Part shown: one piece after another, positions 24,001-36,700 of the stretch
How the letters are laid out: each line of letters starts with the position of its first letter
Numbering within the stretch: the first letter of the stretch is position 1
From: Pocillopora damicornis
Taxonomy: Eukaryota
DNA: 64,000 bases
Direction: 5' to 3'
Assembly (NCBI RefSeq): GCF_003704095.1
Contig: NW_020843698.1
Location: forward strand, 62,001-126,000
The notes under the pieces: model-generated
Database searches by the model: none
Told to the model about the DNA's origin: nothing
What the model saw: only the letters and a program-made list of their open reading frames with translations
Made by a program: the position numbers and the translations under genes

Positions 24001-25247
24001 AAATGATAAAATGCAGGTTTTTTTATGAGGAATTAACATGTTATTGGATTAAGTCCAAGAAAGCTGAAAGCCAATTTTATTTTTAGAAAAACTCAGAGCA
24101 CGGGAGAATTGAGTGGAAAATTCACTATTAGTAGTATTTGGTTTCATGAGGATTTTTTTCAGTAGGGTTAGACAAAGTGGTTAGGATACGTGATTAAATG
24201 CAGGTTGTTTACGAGGAAATGACACATAATGGAGAGAAGTCTTATTTGGCAAAATTGAATTTGATTGATGGATACAGTTCAGGCATGTGAAGAATTGCCT
24301 AATGTTTATGTGGTGCAATGATTGGGTATGTTCAGATTGGACTTTGGACGTTGTTTTCTTGGTACGTGATGGAATGTAAGCTGTTTGGAGGGTGAGTTGT
24401 GAGTAAAGGAATGGAAAAAACATGTTTTAACTTAAAAATGGTACAAAAAGGTTAAATGCGAACCTTTCATACCCCAATAATTCTCGACATCGAATAACAA
24501 CACTCTCATGTTGGCCACAAACCATTATACTCATCAAATGAGCCAAAATGTATGGGTAATGTCATTCTTTGTGCATAGCCCCCTGATTCCATTCCATTTC
24601 CGAGAAAACAATACCCAAACACTCTAATTGGTGCAAGATATCCAAATGCTGTGATATGATTGGTGCCAGATACATACCCTTGATGCAGTGATTGGTGCAA
24701 GATATCCAAATGCTGTGATATGATTAGTGTGAGATATATACCCTAATGCAGTGATCCAATTGGTGCAAGCAACATACCACTCTACGTGCTAACATAGCTT
24801 AGAGCTTAGGCAAATATGTAAAAGGCACAGTCTTGGTTTAAAAAGCTCCCACCGTTATCTAACTTAATTTTTAATTAACAAAATCTTTATTACAGCCGTA
24901 TAATTTCGATTGTGTCCCTACCCACCCCCCCTGCTCTAAATGCGCCCTGACTTATTTTGAATATTCGTACGTTTAACAAGATTGCAGTCGACTGACAGAA
25001 ATCACCATACAAAACAGCTATTACACACTTACCAAGCCTTACGTTCCACCCATGTAAGCTCTTTCGACTGCAGAAAGTTATTTTGAACTAAATTAACATA
25101 AATTAAACACAGGTAGACTTACGAGGCTTGTTTGTGATCTCCGACAAAACCGTACCGGTCGACAGATGGACCTGCAGTTAAATTCTCGTCTGGATTGATA
25201 GGCGTAAAACCATTCAGCTGAATATTTTGTGGTTCATAATATTCCAT
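18059..25247 (-). CDS. TBC1D10A: TBC1D10A/B-like Rab GTPase-activating protein, 12 exons, about 346 aa
   Basis: Exons 25123-25247, 22985-23090, 22644-22751, 21636-21806, 21490-21537, 21243-21308, 20867-20941, 20536-20597, 20222-20274, 19302-19380, 18940-19012, 18059-18133 (1041 nt, in phase). Motifs [42 protein letters not shown] (R finger), GYCQAM (Q finger), [11 protein letters not shown]. The A versus B paralog cannot be resolved. Confidence 0.9.
18177..18388. mobile_element. TTAA-flanked MITE, subfamily B
   Basis: TTAACCCTTTATCTCC...GGGAGTTAAAGGGTTAA. Relatives at about 20327-20525 (rev), 31630-31822, 35730-35912, 39518-39729, 54045-54170 (rev) and 62003-62160. Confidence 0.75.
19551..19970 (+). 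mobile_element. 5'-truncated non-LTR retrotransposon (L2/CR1-group-like) ORF2 C-terminus plus 3' UTR, antisense in a TBC1D10 intron
   Basis: Frame 19551-19793 reads [41 protein letters not shown]...SFREAL. The GGRTFS...RLWN.L motif is typical of LINE ORF2 ends; one internal stop. Confidence 0.7.
24605..24780. repeat. Short reverse-orientation array related to the 32-bp CCAAT minisatellite
   Basis: ATTGG at 24627, 24659, 24691, ATTAG at 24723 and ATTGG at 24759. ATTGGTGCAAGCAACATACC matches the reverse complement of the 45-kb unit (ATTGGTGCGAGCAGCATACC). Confidence 0.75.
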
Positions 25248-26726
25248 TATTCCGACGAAGAAATACAGGAACAAAGTCCATTACAACTGCAATAATGTTA
25301 CCGTCATTCGTGCCAAGTCATTTCCTCCGTGAGGTTCACCAGACGCTACACGAAGATGCAAAATTTTGAAGCATATGTATCGGGCGAACGCCTTATCAGT
25401 AGATATCAATGTAGACTACACTTCGTTTTTGCGAAGAACAAAAAAGACTCAAACAGGAAAAACTTCCTTTTCAGTCGGAAGTCATTTCGAAATTCAAGAA
25501 ATTTAAAAATAATATTGATTTTGAGGCTGTCCCCTTTGTCGGATACCGCATACCGCTAATACTGCGATCGCAGAGTGGGCTCAGCTGAGAAGCAGAAAAG
25601 TGGGTGATCAGTACTAAAATTCTCCTTAAAGTTTTAAACAAAGTCTTGTAGTCAGATGATGAGAGGAAATGGATAAAACACAAAACACAGGACGAAAAAT
25701 TGTTTACCGGTAAGAGAAGACCTGGCGCTTTCGCAGCTGAATAGTTTTCTCCGATCAAGTGGTAGTGTAACGGGTTAACGAAAAGCCAGTAAGAAGGAAG
25801 GAGTTGTTATGTAACAGTCTACGAGTTGTACAAGTATTCAATCAACGTTGCGCAATAGGCTTCTGCACATACTTGCAGCACTTGCAAGACGATTTATCCA
25901 CGTATCTGGATATTTGAAATCACCGAAAGAATTCAATGGTGGTTTGGCTGAAATAGTTAATCTATTTTACCTTATTCGCTTTTTAGACAAACTGCATGCA
26001 TCTTCCTTGACTGTTACATAAATCGATAAATAGCAAACCCTATCTGATGAGTCCACTGCAAACCCTATCTGATAAGTCCCCTTTGTATTCCATAGGTGCC
26101 CTCTATAAAAAAAAACAAACAAACAAACAACAACAACAACAGCGATAACAACAACGACAAGTGTAAGTAGTGCGTGAGGGATGTGGAGGGGCGAGATGAT
26201 GAGGGGCATGAGCAAGAGTGAACAGGGCGAGAGTAACGCCCTCAGCAGATGCTGATGTGACTGTAAGCAAGCTAGAGACGATTTCCACATATCGGTTTGG
26301 ATAAAAAAAAGTAAAGCTTTTATAACAAAGAGAACGGCACATGTTCATCTTTCCTTTTTTTCTTGTGAGAACCTGGTAAGCACTGATTATTAGTGCCAGA
26401 CTCCTGGCAAATCTCTCCCAAACTCGTCTCAAATCTTCCCGCGGGCGGAAAAACGCGCGTCCTGCAGCAGTAAAAATGAGAGACTACGGAAGGCTAGGTT
26501 TTTACTTGCTGAAGGGGTTACAAGTCTAATGAATAATTGACTTTTATGTCAATAAATAGCGTGCATTGTCCTTTGTCTGCAGGTGCCACTCAAGTGACCT
26601 AGTGGAATATTGATTCTAACAACTGAAGTGTTTAAGAACTAACATGTAACCAGTTAAGTCAACAAAATAAATGTCGTAAAATAGCAAGAAACCTTCAAAG
26701 TTTTTACCATCAACTGGCATGGAAAC

Positions 26727-28226
26727 ATGGCGACCCATTACGTTGCTATGCTAGTCGTGTTCTACTCCAAGGCGCAGTGGAAACTATTTTTTGTGCTGGT
26801 GGCGTATTGTGTTTTGAGACTAAATTCTCTGCCATTACCTGATGAAGCGAGAAAACTGGAGGACTCTCAATCTGGTAAGATTTTGAAATTAATTTCGGTT
26901 TTTTCTTCTTATTGCTTTGGTTTTTACTCTTGTTAGAGAATTGACAAACTAAAATATTAGGTTTGACTGTTCCGCCATAGACTTGGGTTTGGTTAAAGTG
27001 GTTCAAAAGGGTCTTAAGTGGGGTCTGACGTTTCCGTGGTTCGACTCTTCGACTCCCACGAGTGTTCAGTACGTAAATTCTCCTGGCAATTTTTATATAC
27101 TATCAATCAGAGCAAGAGAGATTCTGGCAAAACATCAACTGGGGCTTAGTATTGGCATCATATCCGGTCCAGATATAACGACAAATTCTTAGGAATAGTC
27201 CACGAATCTAGTAGTCTCCATTCCAGCGCCGGATGTCATGCAACACTCTCATAAATTGGGAGATTTAGCTATCGTTTCTTTGGGATATCACACAACGCTC
27301 TCGTCATTTGGGAGAAATAGGTCTTGGATCTTTAGCATGTCACGCAATACTTTCATTAAGCAGGGGAAGAGGCGTTCAAATCTCAAGTTGTGGGATGGCA
27401 GGGTTGAGTTATCTTAAGATTCCCTTAGGGCTTTCATTCACGTTGTAGAAACATTATTCACTTCTAACACTTCTTTGAGCATTAACCCTATCTAGAAGAT
27501 TTGTGAAATAAGGGTAATTTGCGATGATCCAATGGGTCTAAACTGTTCATTCCGTACTGTTTTTTTATAACATTTGTAAAGGGTCTATTTCGTTTGTGGC
27601 AAGTAAGTAGCAAGTCCGGGTACATAAAGGTCGATCGTTCATTTCATTTATCATACGTCGAAGGAAATTTGATGTATACTGAACTGAGCAGAATTTCAAT
27701 ATGAAAAAGGTGCGATTTAGTGCAAAAGAAGGATTTCGATTTATGAATAAATCGCACTGCTGAGGGCCAATCTGATCGCAAGGATCAGCAGTGATTTTAA
27801 AGTGGAGTAGTCAGGGTGCCCTAATGTAGAATAGAAACTTGTTCAGCCTGTGTGCGCATCTGACATGAAATGTTATCTGTTCTGCGCATATAAACTGTCA
27901 TTCACGTACGTTTTTGTTTTCCTAACTCTTTCTTAGTGAGCTGTGTAAGCGTCAGTTTTATCAACAACTGCAAAAGGCCAATAAAAATCTGGAAAACGAT
28001 GTCGCCGACAACATTCAAAGGCTTCATTATTTCAGGAAACATTTACCGAATGAAGACTATGGTGCTTAACCAAAGGAAACCAGTTGTATTTCACGCAGAA
28101 GATCTGGGTTCCAACCAATCCGATAAACTTTTACTAGAAGGGCAGGAGTCCCTTTCAATTCTCCCGTTTGACTGTGATGACAAATTTGTTAATGTTTCAG
28201 TTAGCTGTCGGTCTAAACTAAGCTAG
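26727..28226 (+). CDS. Uncharacterised small, probably secreted protein, 2 exons, about 145 aa
   Basis: Exon 1 26727-26874 (AACATGG start, hydrophobic leader, G|GTAAG donor). Exon 2 27937-28226 (CTAAC branch point, polypyrimidine tract and TAG acceptor; phase 1 matches) is open for 96 codons. I recognise no family. Confidence 0.65.
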
Positions 28227-30761
28227 AAGAGTAAATTAAACTGAAGACGTGATAAACCCTTTCACTCTTTAACTCTTTCACACCGAGTGATTGGTATCCA
28301 ATGTCTCCTCACAGTATCTCTTTTGAATCAAACATGACGGTCACGAGACTAAAGGAAATGATCGCCATTTAAAAAAGCTCTTGATTGTTCAACAAATTCT
28401 TCTTGCTATTCCCATAGTGAATATATAGAGAACAGTTTAGAGAATATATATGCTTATGTCAAAATGTAAAGGGTTGAAAAGTAATTGAGAGAAAATAAGG
28501 GACAGAGAGCAACGCTTTGCGTGTTAGCTAAAAAATTATACAACGGTTCTGTTTATTGTGGCTAGCTAAGTTTGAATAGAAATCGCCTGCGCCGGTAAAT
28601 TATTGCTCAAGAAATACAATTTCCTTCTCTTTCGAAGTGGTTTTTCATCGAAATTTAATTACCTGCTCGCTCTTCGCTGTCACATTGCTTTCAATTTGAA
28701 AATCGTCTTTAGGTTAACCTTCATGTGGACGTCTCGGAAAGTAGATGTCAGTTCGAGGTAGTATCCGCAAGGAACTTAACCCTTTGACAGGTTAGAGTGA
28801 CTAGCATCTAATTTCTCCTTACAGTATCACCCCTGAAACACAGATCAAGGTCACGAGAATAAAAAAAATGATCACCAACTAAAAGAGCTCTTGACTGTTA
28901 AACAAATTCCTCTCGTCAGCACCTCAAGAAATGTGTAGAGAACAGTATGGAGAATATGCCTACTGATATTAGGGCGTAAAGAGCCCACTTCGGTTTAGAT
29001 ATCTCAAGGCCCAGACCGCGAACCTTCCTCTCTGTTTTCTCTTCCTTTGCATAAAAAGGTCACAAACTTAAGGGCGTTACTGGAGTGTATACTGAAGTGT
29101 CCAAGACTACCCTTCCCCCTACCAGCTCAACAATTCAGGGCTCAGTTGTTCAACTAGCGCTAACACTAATCACATAATGTTAAACACCCAAAGCTAACGC
29201 TAACGATAACACCTTCCATTGGATAAATCGCTATACAGCGGATGAGTGTAAGCAAAATGTAATGCGCTAACTAACCGATAGAGGTTTTCCAGTGGATAAG
29301 CGTTATCCACCCTTTAAACAACCAGAGCCAGGTGGCGAAAAAGTGCGAATCTGAATAACTTACACGGTATGCATCTCTCAGTGCTCTTCCGAGAAAAGGT
29401 TAATTCAAGAAATACGCAGCAAGGATGTCAACATAACGGTCAGGTCGGTACCCACGGTGTGACTCCTCCTTTTAGAAAGACGTAGCCTCTGAAATAAACA
29501 AATGTAATGTTTAAAATGTTCACTGCATCTTGTTTTTGGGCGTTCGGTATTTGACTCCTCGCTAGTCATATAACTATTTCCCAACAGTTACTTGTCTCCA
29601 TAGCAGTCTTCTATTCAGGCTTTGTTTTACTCAATACTTTTAGACTAGAACGCAAGTGTCCTCTTTTCTTTCTTTTTTTTTCACCTTATAATTGTGAGGT
29701 TTTCTGTTATTTGGAGCCGAAATTCACAGATAGTGCGTTATTTTTGTTGTGTAAGCAGTTTCGTAAACTTTGCTCTGTTTACTAGGGATAGAATTCTAAC
29801 GAACTAGACTCAATCAAACTGTTTTATTCCACTCTCGTATTCGCTTCTGTACGACGGGTGTGTAAAAAGCTACTCTGTCAAATTTGTAAGAAATCACTCT
29901 CTTATAAGATATTCTCTACATTGTGATTGGTTGTTGGTAAATACTGATTTAAAAGGTCATTCAAGGTTGCTTTGATCATGTAAACCGATCAATGTTCCAA
30001 AATCACTTAAGGCGGTGCTTCTACCTCTTGACATAATGTTCACACTCATCATCTGACATGTATCACGCACGAATCAAAGTCTCCGACAGCAGGACGCAGT
30101 TTTGTTAATAACATAGCCTTTAAAGATAAGTTCAATAGTTTATTTTAATGAAGCTTAAATCGTGGCGGTATTCATTCCTTCTCTATTAACAACTATTCAC
30201 CCGAAGTGGAGGTGGTCAGTGGTGGATATCTACCGAGGTGCGAATAGTTGTCACAGTTTTTTTATGCTAAAACAGTGAGTTTTTTTCAATACAAAAAGAT
30301 GATTTCACTTATTTATTCCTGCAACGATTACAACATTTCCGGGCGGAAATCCGGTGCGCGTTGCTCAGAGGTGAATAGCAAAGGATATTAGGAGTTTGAG
30401 TAGCCAATCGGAGCGCGCGTTCAACGCTATTTTCCGTTTTAGTATATACAAATTATTAATTATTCACCGAAGTGTAGGTGAATAGTACTTGCTATTCGCT
30501 TCCAAATTAGCCAATAAGCGCGCGCGATATGCACTTTTCACCGAGTGGTATATTCCTTAGATAACCAGGCGAGGGTGGGGCGGAACTGGGTTCCAGTATC
30601 TTTGCGTGAGTAAATCTTATCCACAATGCAAAGCGCTGGTTCACTTGCTGCTCCTTACGTAAGTATTTAGCGAAGTTACCGAGATTAGGGACGGTCTGTG
30701 TTTGGGAAATCAGTTTAAAATTGGCTAGAGCTTAAAATAAGTGAATCTTTAGGGATCAGTC

Positions 30762-33700
30762 ATGTCTACAGCTGATGTAGCAGAAAAGCCCTTAGTTGGA
30801 ACGGTTGATATCGTCCTGTTTGCTTCATTCATCGGCGTTTTATTGTATTGGTTTTGTGGACGCAAAAAGAAAGCAGAGACTGCCGCTCTCACACAGAAGT
30901 TGGTCTTAGCGTAAGTTTTCCCGATTACCCTGAATTTGTTTTATTTAGGGTGCAGTAATATTCAAGTATAGAGTCATTTTAACCTTTCATCTTGTGGGAG
31001 ACAGGAATATGTGCAGTTTTGCTTGAGCTTAAGCCGGTTGCAATTTACATTTTTAGTTGTTGACATATGTCATTCTTTTTATTGGAGCACTCCTGGGAAT
31101 ATTTTAAAAACGTTTTTGAGTTTACGAACTTCTGTTAATTACTAACGCGTCGTATGAATTTAGGAGTAGCAGTAGATGTAGGCTGGCACAAATTGCTGAC
31201 AAGGCTAACTGCAATCGCACGTAAGACCTAACTATAGTGTTCCGTCTCCAAATTTCAAATTTCAGCAGCTTTTTCCTGTTTGTACAGGCCGACTACCAAG
31301 ATTTCTCAAGATGATACAAGTTTTATTGGAAAAATGAAAAAATCTGTGAGTAAATATGCCATGATAGTGCTGTGTTGTGTTACTATAAATATTAATTTAC
31401 TGTTATGGAAATATGTATTAAATTCTGCTTGCTTTCTAGGGAAAATCATTAGCAATCTTCTATGGTTCGCAAACTGGGACAGCAGAAGAGTTTGCCGGCC
31501 GCTTATCAAAAGATGCTCAACGTTATGGATTAAAAGCTCTTGTCTTGGACCCTGAAGAATGTGACATAGTAAGTTTAAAATAATATTTGAGAAACACGTT
31601 TTGGTGAGCTAACATTTTTGCAGAGCCACTTACTCCAATGATCTGATCGTTTATTCTCCCAGAACATTTCCTTGTAAATTAGTTACAAGAATATTTGGGT
31701 TAGATGGAGATAAAAACTTCTACCTGATAAGTTTGAGTATTCTCATAACCTGTTTGCTGGATAATGTGTGGATATTATAGGGAGAAGTTACATGTAAATC
31801 ACTTCCGGAATTTAAAGAGTAAAGAAATTCACCCTTCCTGATATTTTCAGTGAGAAGTTCATTTTAAATGAATATGTTTGTTTTTATAGGAGGAACTTGC
31901 TCGCATGGGAGAAATAGAGAATTCAATGGCGATATTTGTTATGGCTACATATGGTGAAGGAGATCCTACAGATAATGCTCAAGAGTTCTATGAATGGTTA
32001 CAGAATGACAGGGATGACCTGGATTGCCTTAGTTATGCAGTAAGCATCTGAAGGAGAACAATAATTCTCAAACACAATTGATAAGGATACTGTGGGAACT
32101 ATAGAATGTAACTATGATTACAGGGTGTACATTTCAGGCTTTGTGTATTACAGTTGAACCTTGATTATCTGGACTTTTCCTCTGGCCCTAATTTTGTTAT
32201 GAATATTTATTGGTCATGATCAAGATTCGTAGCCATATTCTTTTTAAAACTACAGTGTTGAAAAGTGAAGTAAAGGGAAGTTTGTTTTGCTTTCAAAAAT
32301 AAAAAGCAGCCGTCGGTTCGATTGGCTTAGAGTTTCTTTGTTGTTAAGTGAGATTTCAAGCTCTATTAGCTCATTTGGTATGTTATGCAAGATAAACAAG
32401 CTACACAGCATCACAAATGTTTGTTCCTCACTAATATTCATATTCTTGATTATCGGGTCACTTGATTATCAGGACTATTTGGTCTAGTCCCAATGAGTGC
32501 AGATTATGAGGTTTGACTGTATGCACCTGTTGATGGTTTGCCTCAGGATGAGGAGGGGGAGGGGAATTGACATTTTCAAGTTTTCAAAATCAGTTTTCTT
32601 ACTCATAGGTATCCATTATATATTGAAATTCCATTCTTAGGGTCCAGAGAGATTGTATACCAATTTCAATAAACAAATTTTGTAGGGTAACTTCTAAGAT
32701 GGCAAATGATTTCGATTTTCAGTTTCACCCAGCCTTCCAAGATGGCAGCCAGGTCAAATTCCTGACCCTGAGGCGGTACATAAATACCAAAATTCCTACT
32801 CAGGGGGCCCTCTTGGTCAATTTCGTGTGGGTGGCCAATCTCCCCATCCCCTCATATCTTGGGGCAAACCACTGATAGTTGCATTGATCAAGCTAATTAC
32901 ATAATAAATTCTGAAATAATGTATAAAATGAAAAGAGCAGACCTGCATGTTTTTGTTGGAAATGGGAGGATGATTGATTTTTAGAGGAAAAATCTCTCAG
33001 GTTCCTCGTCAAGTCAAGGAACACTTAACAAATGGATCTTAAGAATAAATAAAAAGATGGGAGAGATGTTCTAGGTTAAGGAAAAGTTCCACTAGTTAAC
33101 TGTTACAAGTAGTTTTATTAGTCCATTAATGTAGCTAGTCTGTTCCTAATTATTTTTCTGAATATTAGGTCTTTGGCCTTGGTAATAAAACCTATGAACA
33201 TTACAATGCAATGGGGAGATTTGTGGACAAACGGCTGGAAGAGATGGGGGCTGTAAGAGTATTTGAGAAGGGAGAGGGAGATGATGATGGAAAGTAAGTT
33301 CAAAAGAGAGCAGAAAGTTATCCTTGCATATAAATTTATACATGGGGGGTGCTAGTAAACTAGTTACTACCAATTGTATTCTGTTCTAGAACAAAAATAA
33401 CAAATCGTCAGGCTCTTGAGGCCTTTTAACCCTTAGGTTAGCTAATAATGTTTTTATTTTTTTCATATTTTCTAAGTTTGGAAGAAGACTTTGTACGATG
33501 GAGAGAAGCATTCTGGCCTGCAGTTTTAAGCAAATATAACATTGATGTCAGAGAAATCAAGAGGTACATTTCTACTAGAACAAATTTGTTTGTTATGTCT
33601 GTAATATTATACTTTTTTTTGTTTTTTGAGATTTTTTTTGGGTGATGCTTTTCAGTGTGAGGGTTATGAGATGTGCTCTCTGGTAGCAGTTGCACCTCAT

Positions 33701-36700
33701 TGCCCAAAATGACTCATGACTCTGGGGGTAACCTTTTGATGCTTTAAAAAATTAAAAAACTGTCAAATATGTCTTACGTACCAAGTACCACAAAATTGTC
33801 AAACTTCAGATATCTTTAATTGGGAGATGTTTGATTCAACAGGGATAACCCTGACCCCAAACCCCCTCCTTAAAGATGGGAAAAAAATATACTTTATCTG
33901 ACATAACTTATGTGTGTAATTTATATTTTTCAGGAGACTATCTTCTTGTATTGATCGACAATTCAGACTTGAAATTCTTAAGGATTTTCCAGAGGACAAA
34001 ATTTATACTGGAGAAATGAATAAACTGAAATCGTACATCACTCAAAGACCGTAAGTGCAGACAAGAAATTGGTCATAATTTTGTCGCAGTCTGTTCTTAA
34101 ATGATGAGCTTGATGTTAGAGTTTATGGCTCAAAGCTTAAGGATAATCTGTTCTTGTTTTCAGGCCCTTTGATGCTAAGAACCCATTCATGGCTAAGGTT
34201 CTAGTGAATCGGGAACTGCACAAAGCTGGTGAACGATCCTGTATGCACATTGAACTTGATATCACTGGCTCCAAGATCAAGTATGTTTTCTATCATTAAC
34301 CTGTATGTGCATTTTTTTAAGATATGTGTTCCCCTTTTGCTCTTATACATGAAAGCCTATTGTTATAAATGACTATTAGTTGCTATGGGATAAAGCAAAG
34401 GTATTCCTTCCAAACCCATATTGGCAGATCAATGAAGCCAACAGTCAGTATTAGGGTTAGAGTGGTCAGAAAGAGGCCATGAATGTGCAAACTCCTTCAT
34501 AGAATGTGTTGCTCTCTTGCTCTCCTTGGATGTTCTTAATTAGAATGTGTTATTCAACCAAGGTATGATGCAGGAGACCATGTCGCTGTTTATCCCATGA
34601 ATGATCCAGAACTTGTGGAGAAACTAGGAAACCTCTTGAATGTGGATCTTGACGCAGTGGTTTCACTGAACAATACAGATGGTGAGAAGTTAATTAATAT
34701 ACAACTACTGAAATTCTATCAAAACTCCTTGTCACCTTTGCTTTCTTTGGTTCCCAGCATTGATCAACACAATTGAATTCAGTCAAAAGTTTGTTTTCCA
34801 TAATAAAAAGTGACACTATTGCTTAAGTAGTACTTTTCAGTAATCCTTTGTACCCTAACATCAGAGTGGATATTCTCCTTAATGTTTGCCATACGTTCTT
34901 GAGGTGCTGACAAGGAGAATTTGTTTGACAATTAAGAGTGTCTTTCATTTGTGAAAATTTCCTTTGTTCTTGTGACCCTAATGTGTGAATCAGGGGTGAT
35001 ATTGTAAGGAGAAATTAGATGCTAGTCTTTGTTAAGGGTCAAAGGATGATCTTTGTGACTCATGCGATCAAAAAAAGTACAGGGCGTGAAATTAATTTTT
35101 TTTTTCTGAAAGCCACTTGGCTCCTAAATTCTTCAAAGTGGTAGCCAATTCAAAAAAAGTTAGTCGCCACTTTCAAAGACAAACAAGACCTTTTTTACGC
35201 TGTCAGCGTTCTAGATAGACCCTCCAAAATTAAGTTCAGGGAAAGATCTTTCACGTGCTACAAGTGGACACTAGGATGGATGGTATACAACGTTCAAGCT
35301 CACCTTAATCCAAGATGGCGTCTAGTTATCGATCGAGATGCATGTGCTGCGTTTTGGAAACAAACTTAACGAGGAAGTTTGCCGCGGATTTATCTTTGCA
35401 AATCTTTTTAATTCACTATATCTCTTTGTAAAGTTATGATGAAACATTCTAGTCGCCAATTTGGCGGCTAATTTTCAGGTTGGTAGCCAAAGTGGAAAAA
35501 TTTAGTCGCGTTGGCGCCTGTATCGGGCGTGTTTCACGCCCTGAAGTAGGATTGAAAGTTAACTCCCGTAGTTTTTCTAGAAAGATAAAAATACTTTGAT
35601 GAAGCAAAATTGTTGACTTTTTAAAACTCTCCTAGTGCTAAAATTGTTTTTTATTTATTCAAAGTGTTGCAATGCTGGTAAATTTTATTTTTTATTCTCT
35701 ATATCAAGTTTAAAGTTACATTTCTTGAGAATTCTCCCCTTTAGCTGCTTCATGTTCCCTTGTAAATTAGTTACATGAATTTGGTGTTAGGTCAAGAAAA
35801 TAACTTTTACCTGATAAGTTTGAGTATTCCTATTACCGGTACCTGTGTGATGGATATTGTAAGATATATCAAAGGGTGAAATAAGATGTTAATCACCTCT
35901 AGGAGCTAAAGGATGAAGACACATGCCCTCGACTAACTAAGCAAATATCTTTGCCCATTCTAAAGATAAGTTATCATGTACTCATAGGCATGCTAAGAAC
36001 TTGTCAGAAAGATTAATGACTGAGCACTCTTCCTTCAACCAACATATCTGATACTTGTAGTATCAGAGGAAGAACATTGAGGCCAACATCTTCATGGATC
36101 GTTTTTAGGCAGGAAAGTCTTATGATATCATAGCCTTTGAGATTTAATTTCAAGGGTTATGAATCATTGGATTATCAGTCTTAAGACGCTGGGAAAGAGA
36201 ATCATTTAAATAGTCTATTGTGGTCTAAGATTATCTTATACCCCTGCTGGTATATCTTTACAAGCACAAATATTTTGACAGACATCTTTATGTGCAGTTG
36301 TGGGTTGTAAGATGCAGCAATGTCATATCCTTTAAATTGATTTGAAGGCATATGAAATTGCTGCGCTTTACAGTGCTCTCTAAAATTGCAACTTTGTTAC
36401 TTCTTGCTTGTTTGATATTATTTGTTTGCATTTATGACACCCCTGCTAGTATATCTTTACGAGCCCAACTATTTTGAATGATCTTTATGTGCAGTTGTGG
36501 GTTGTGAGATGCAGCAATGTCGTATCCTTTTAATTTATTTAAAGGCATACGAAATTGCTTCGCTTTACAACTCTCTCTAAAATCTCAATTTTTTTTACTT
36601 CTTGCTGGTTTGTTATTACTTGTTTGAATTAATGAGAAAAAAAACTTCAGAGATTTCCTCCCCCTTTCCTTGATACTACTTGCAGCCTCCCTGTCAAATC

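Noticed and set aside
26032-26082. CTGATGAGTCC as a hammerhead ribozyme core
   Set aside because: There is no closing GGAC-GAAA; it is just a 25-bp tandem duplication (GCAAACCCTATCTGAT).
25967-26432. Hydrophobic or Cys-rich ORFs of 107-109 aa
   Set aside because: Their composition comes from the (AAAC)n/(AAC)n microsatellite at about 26110-26160; no splice or homology support.
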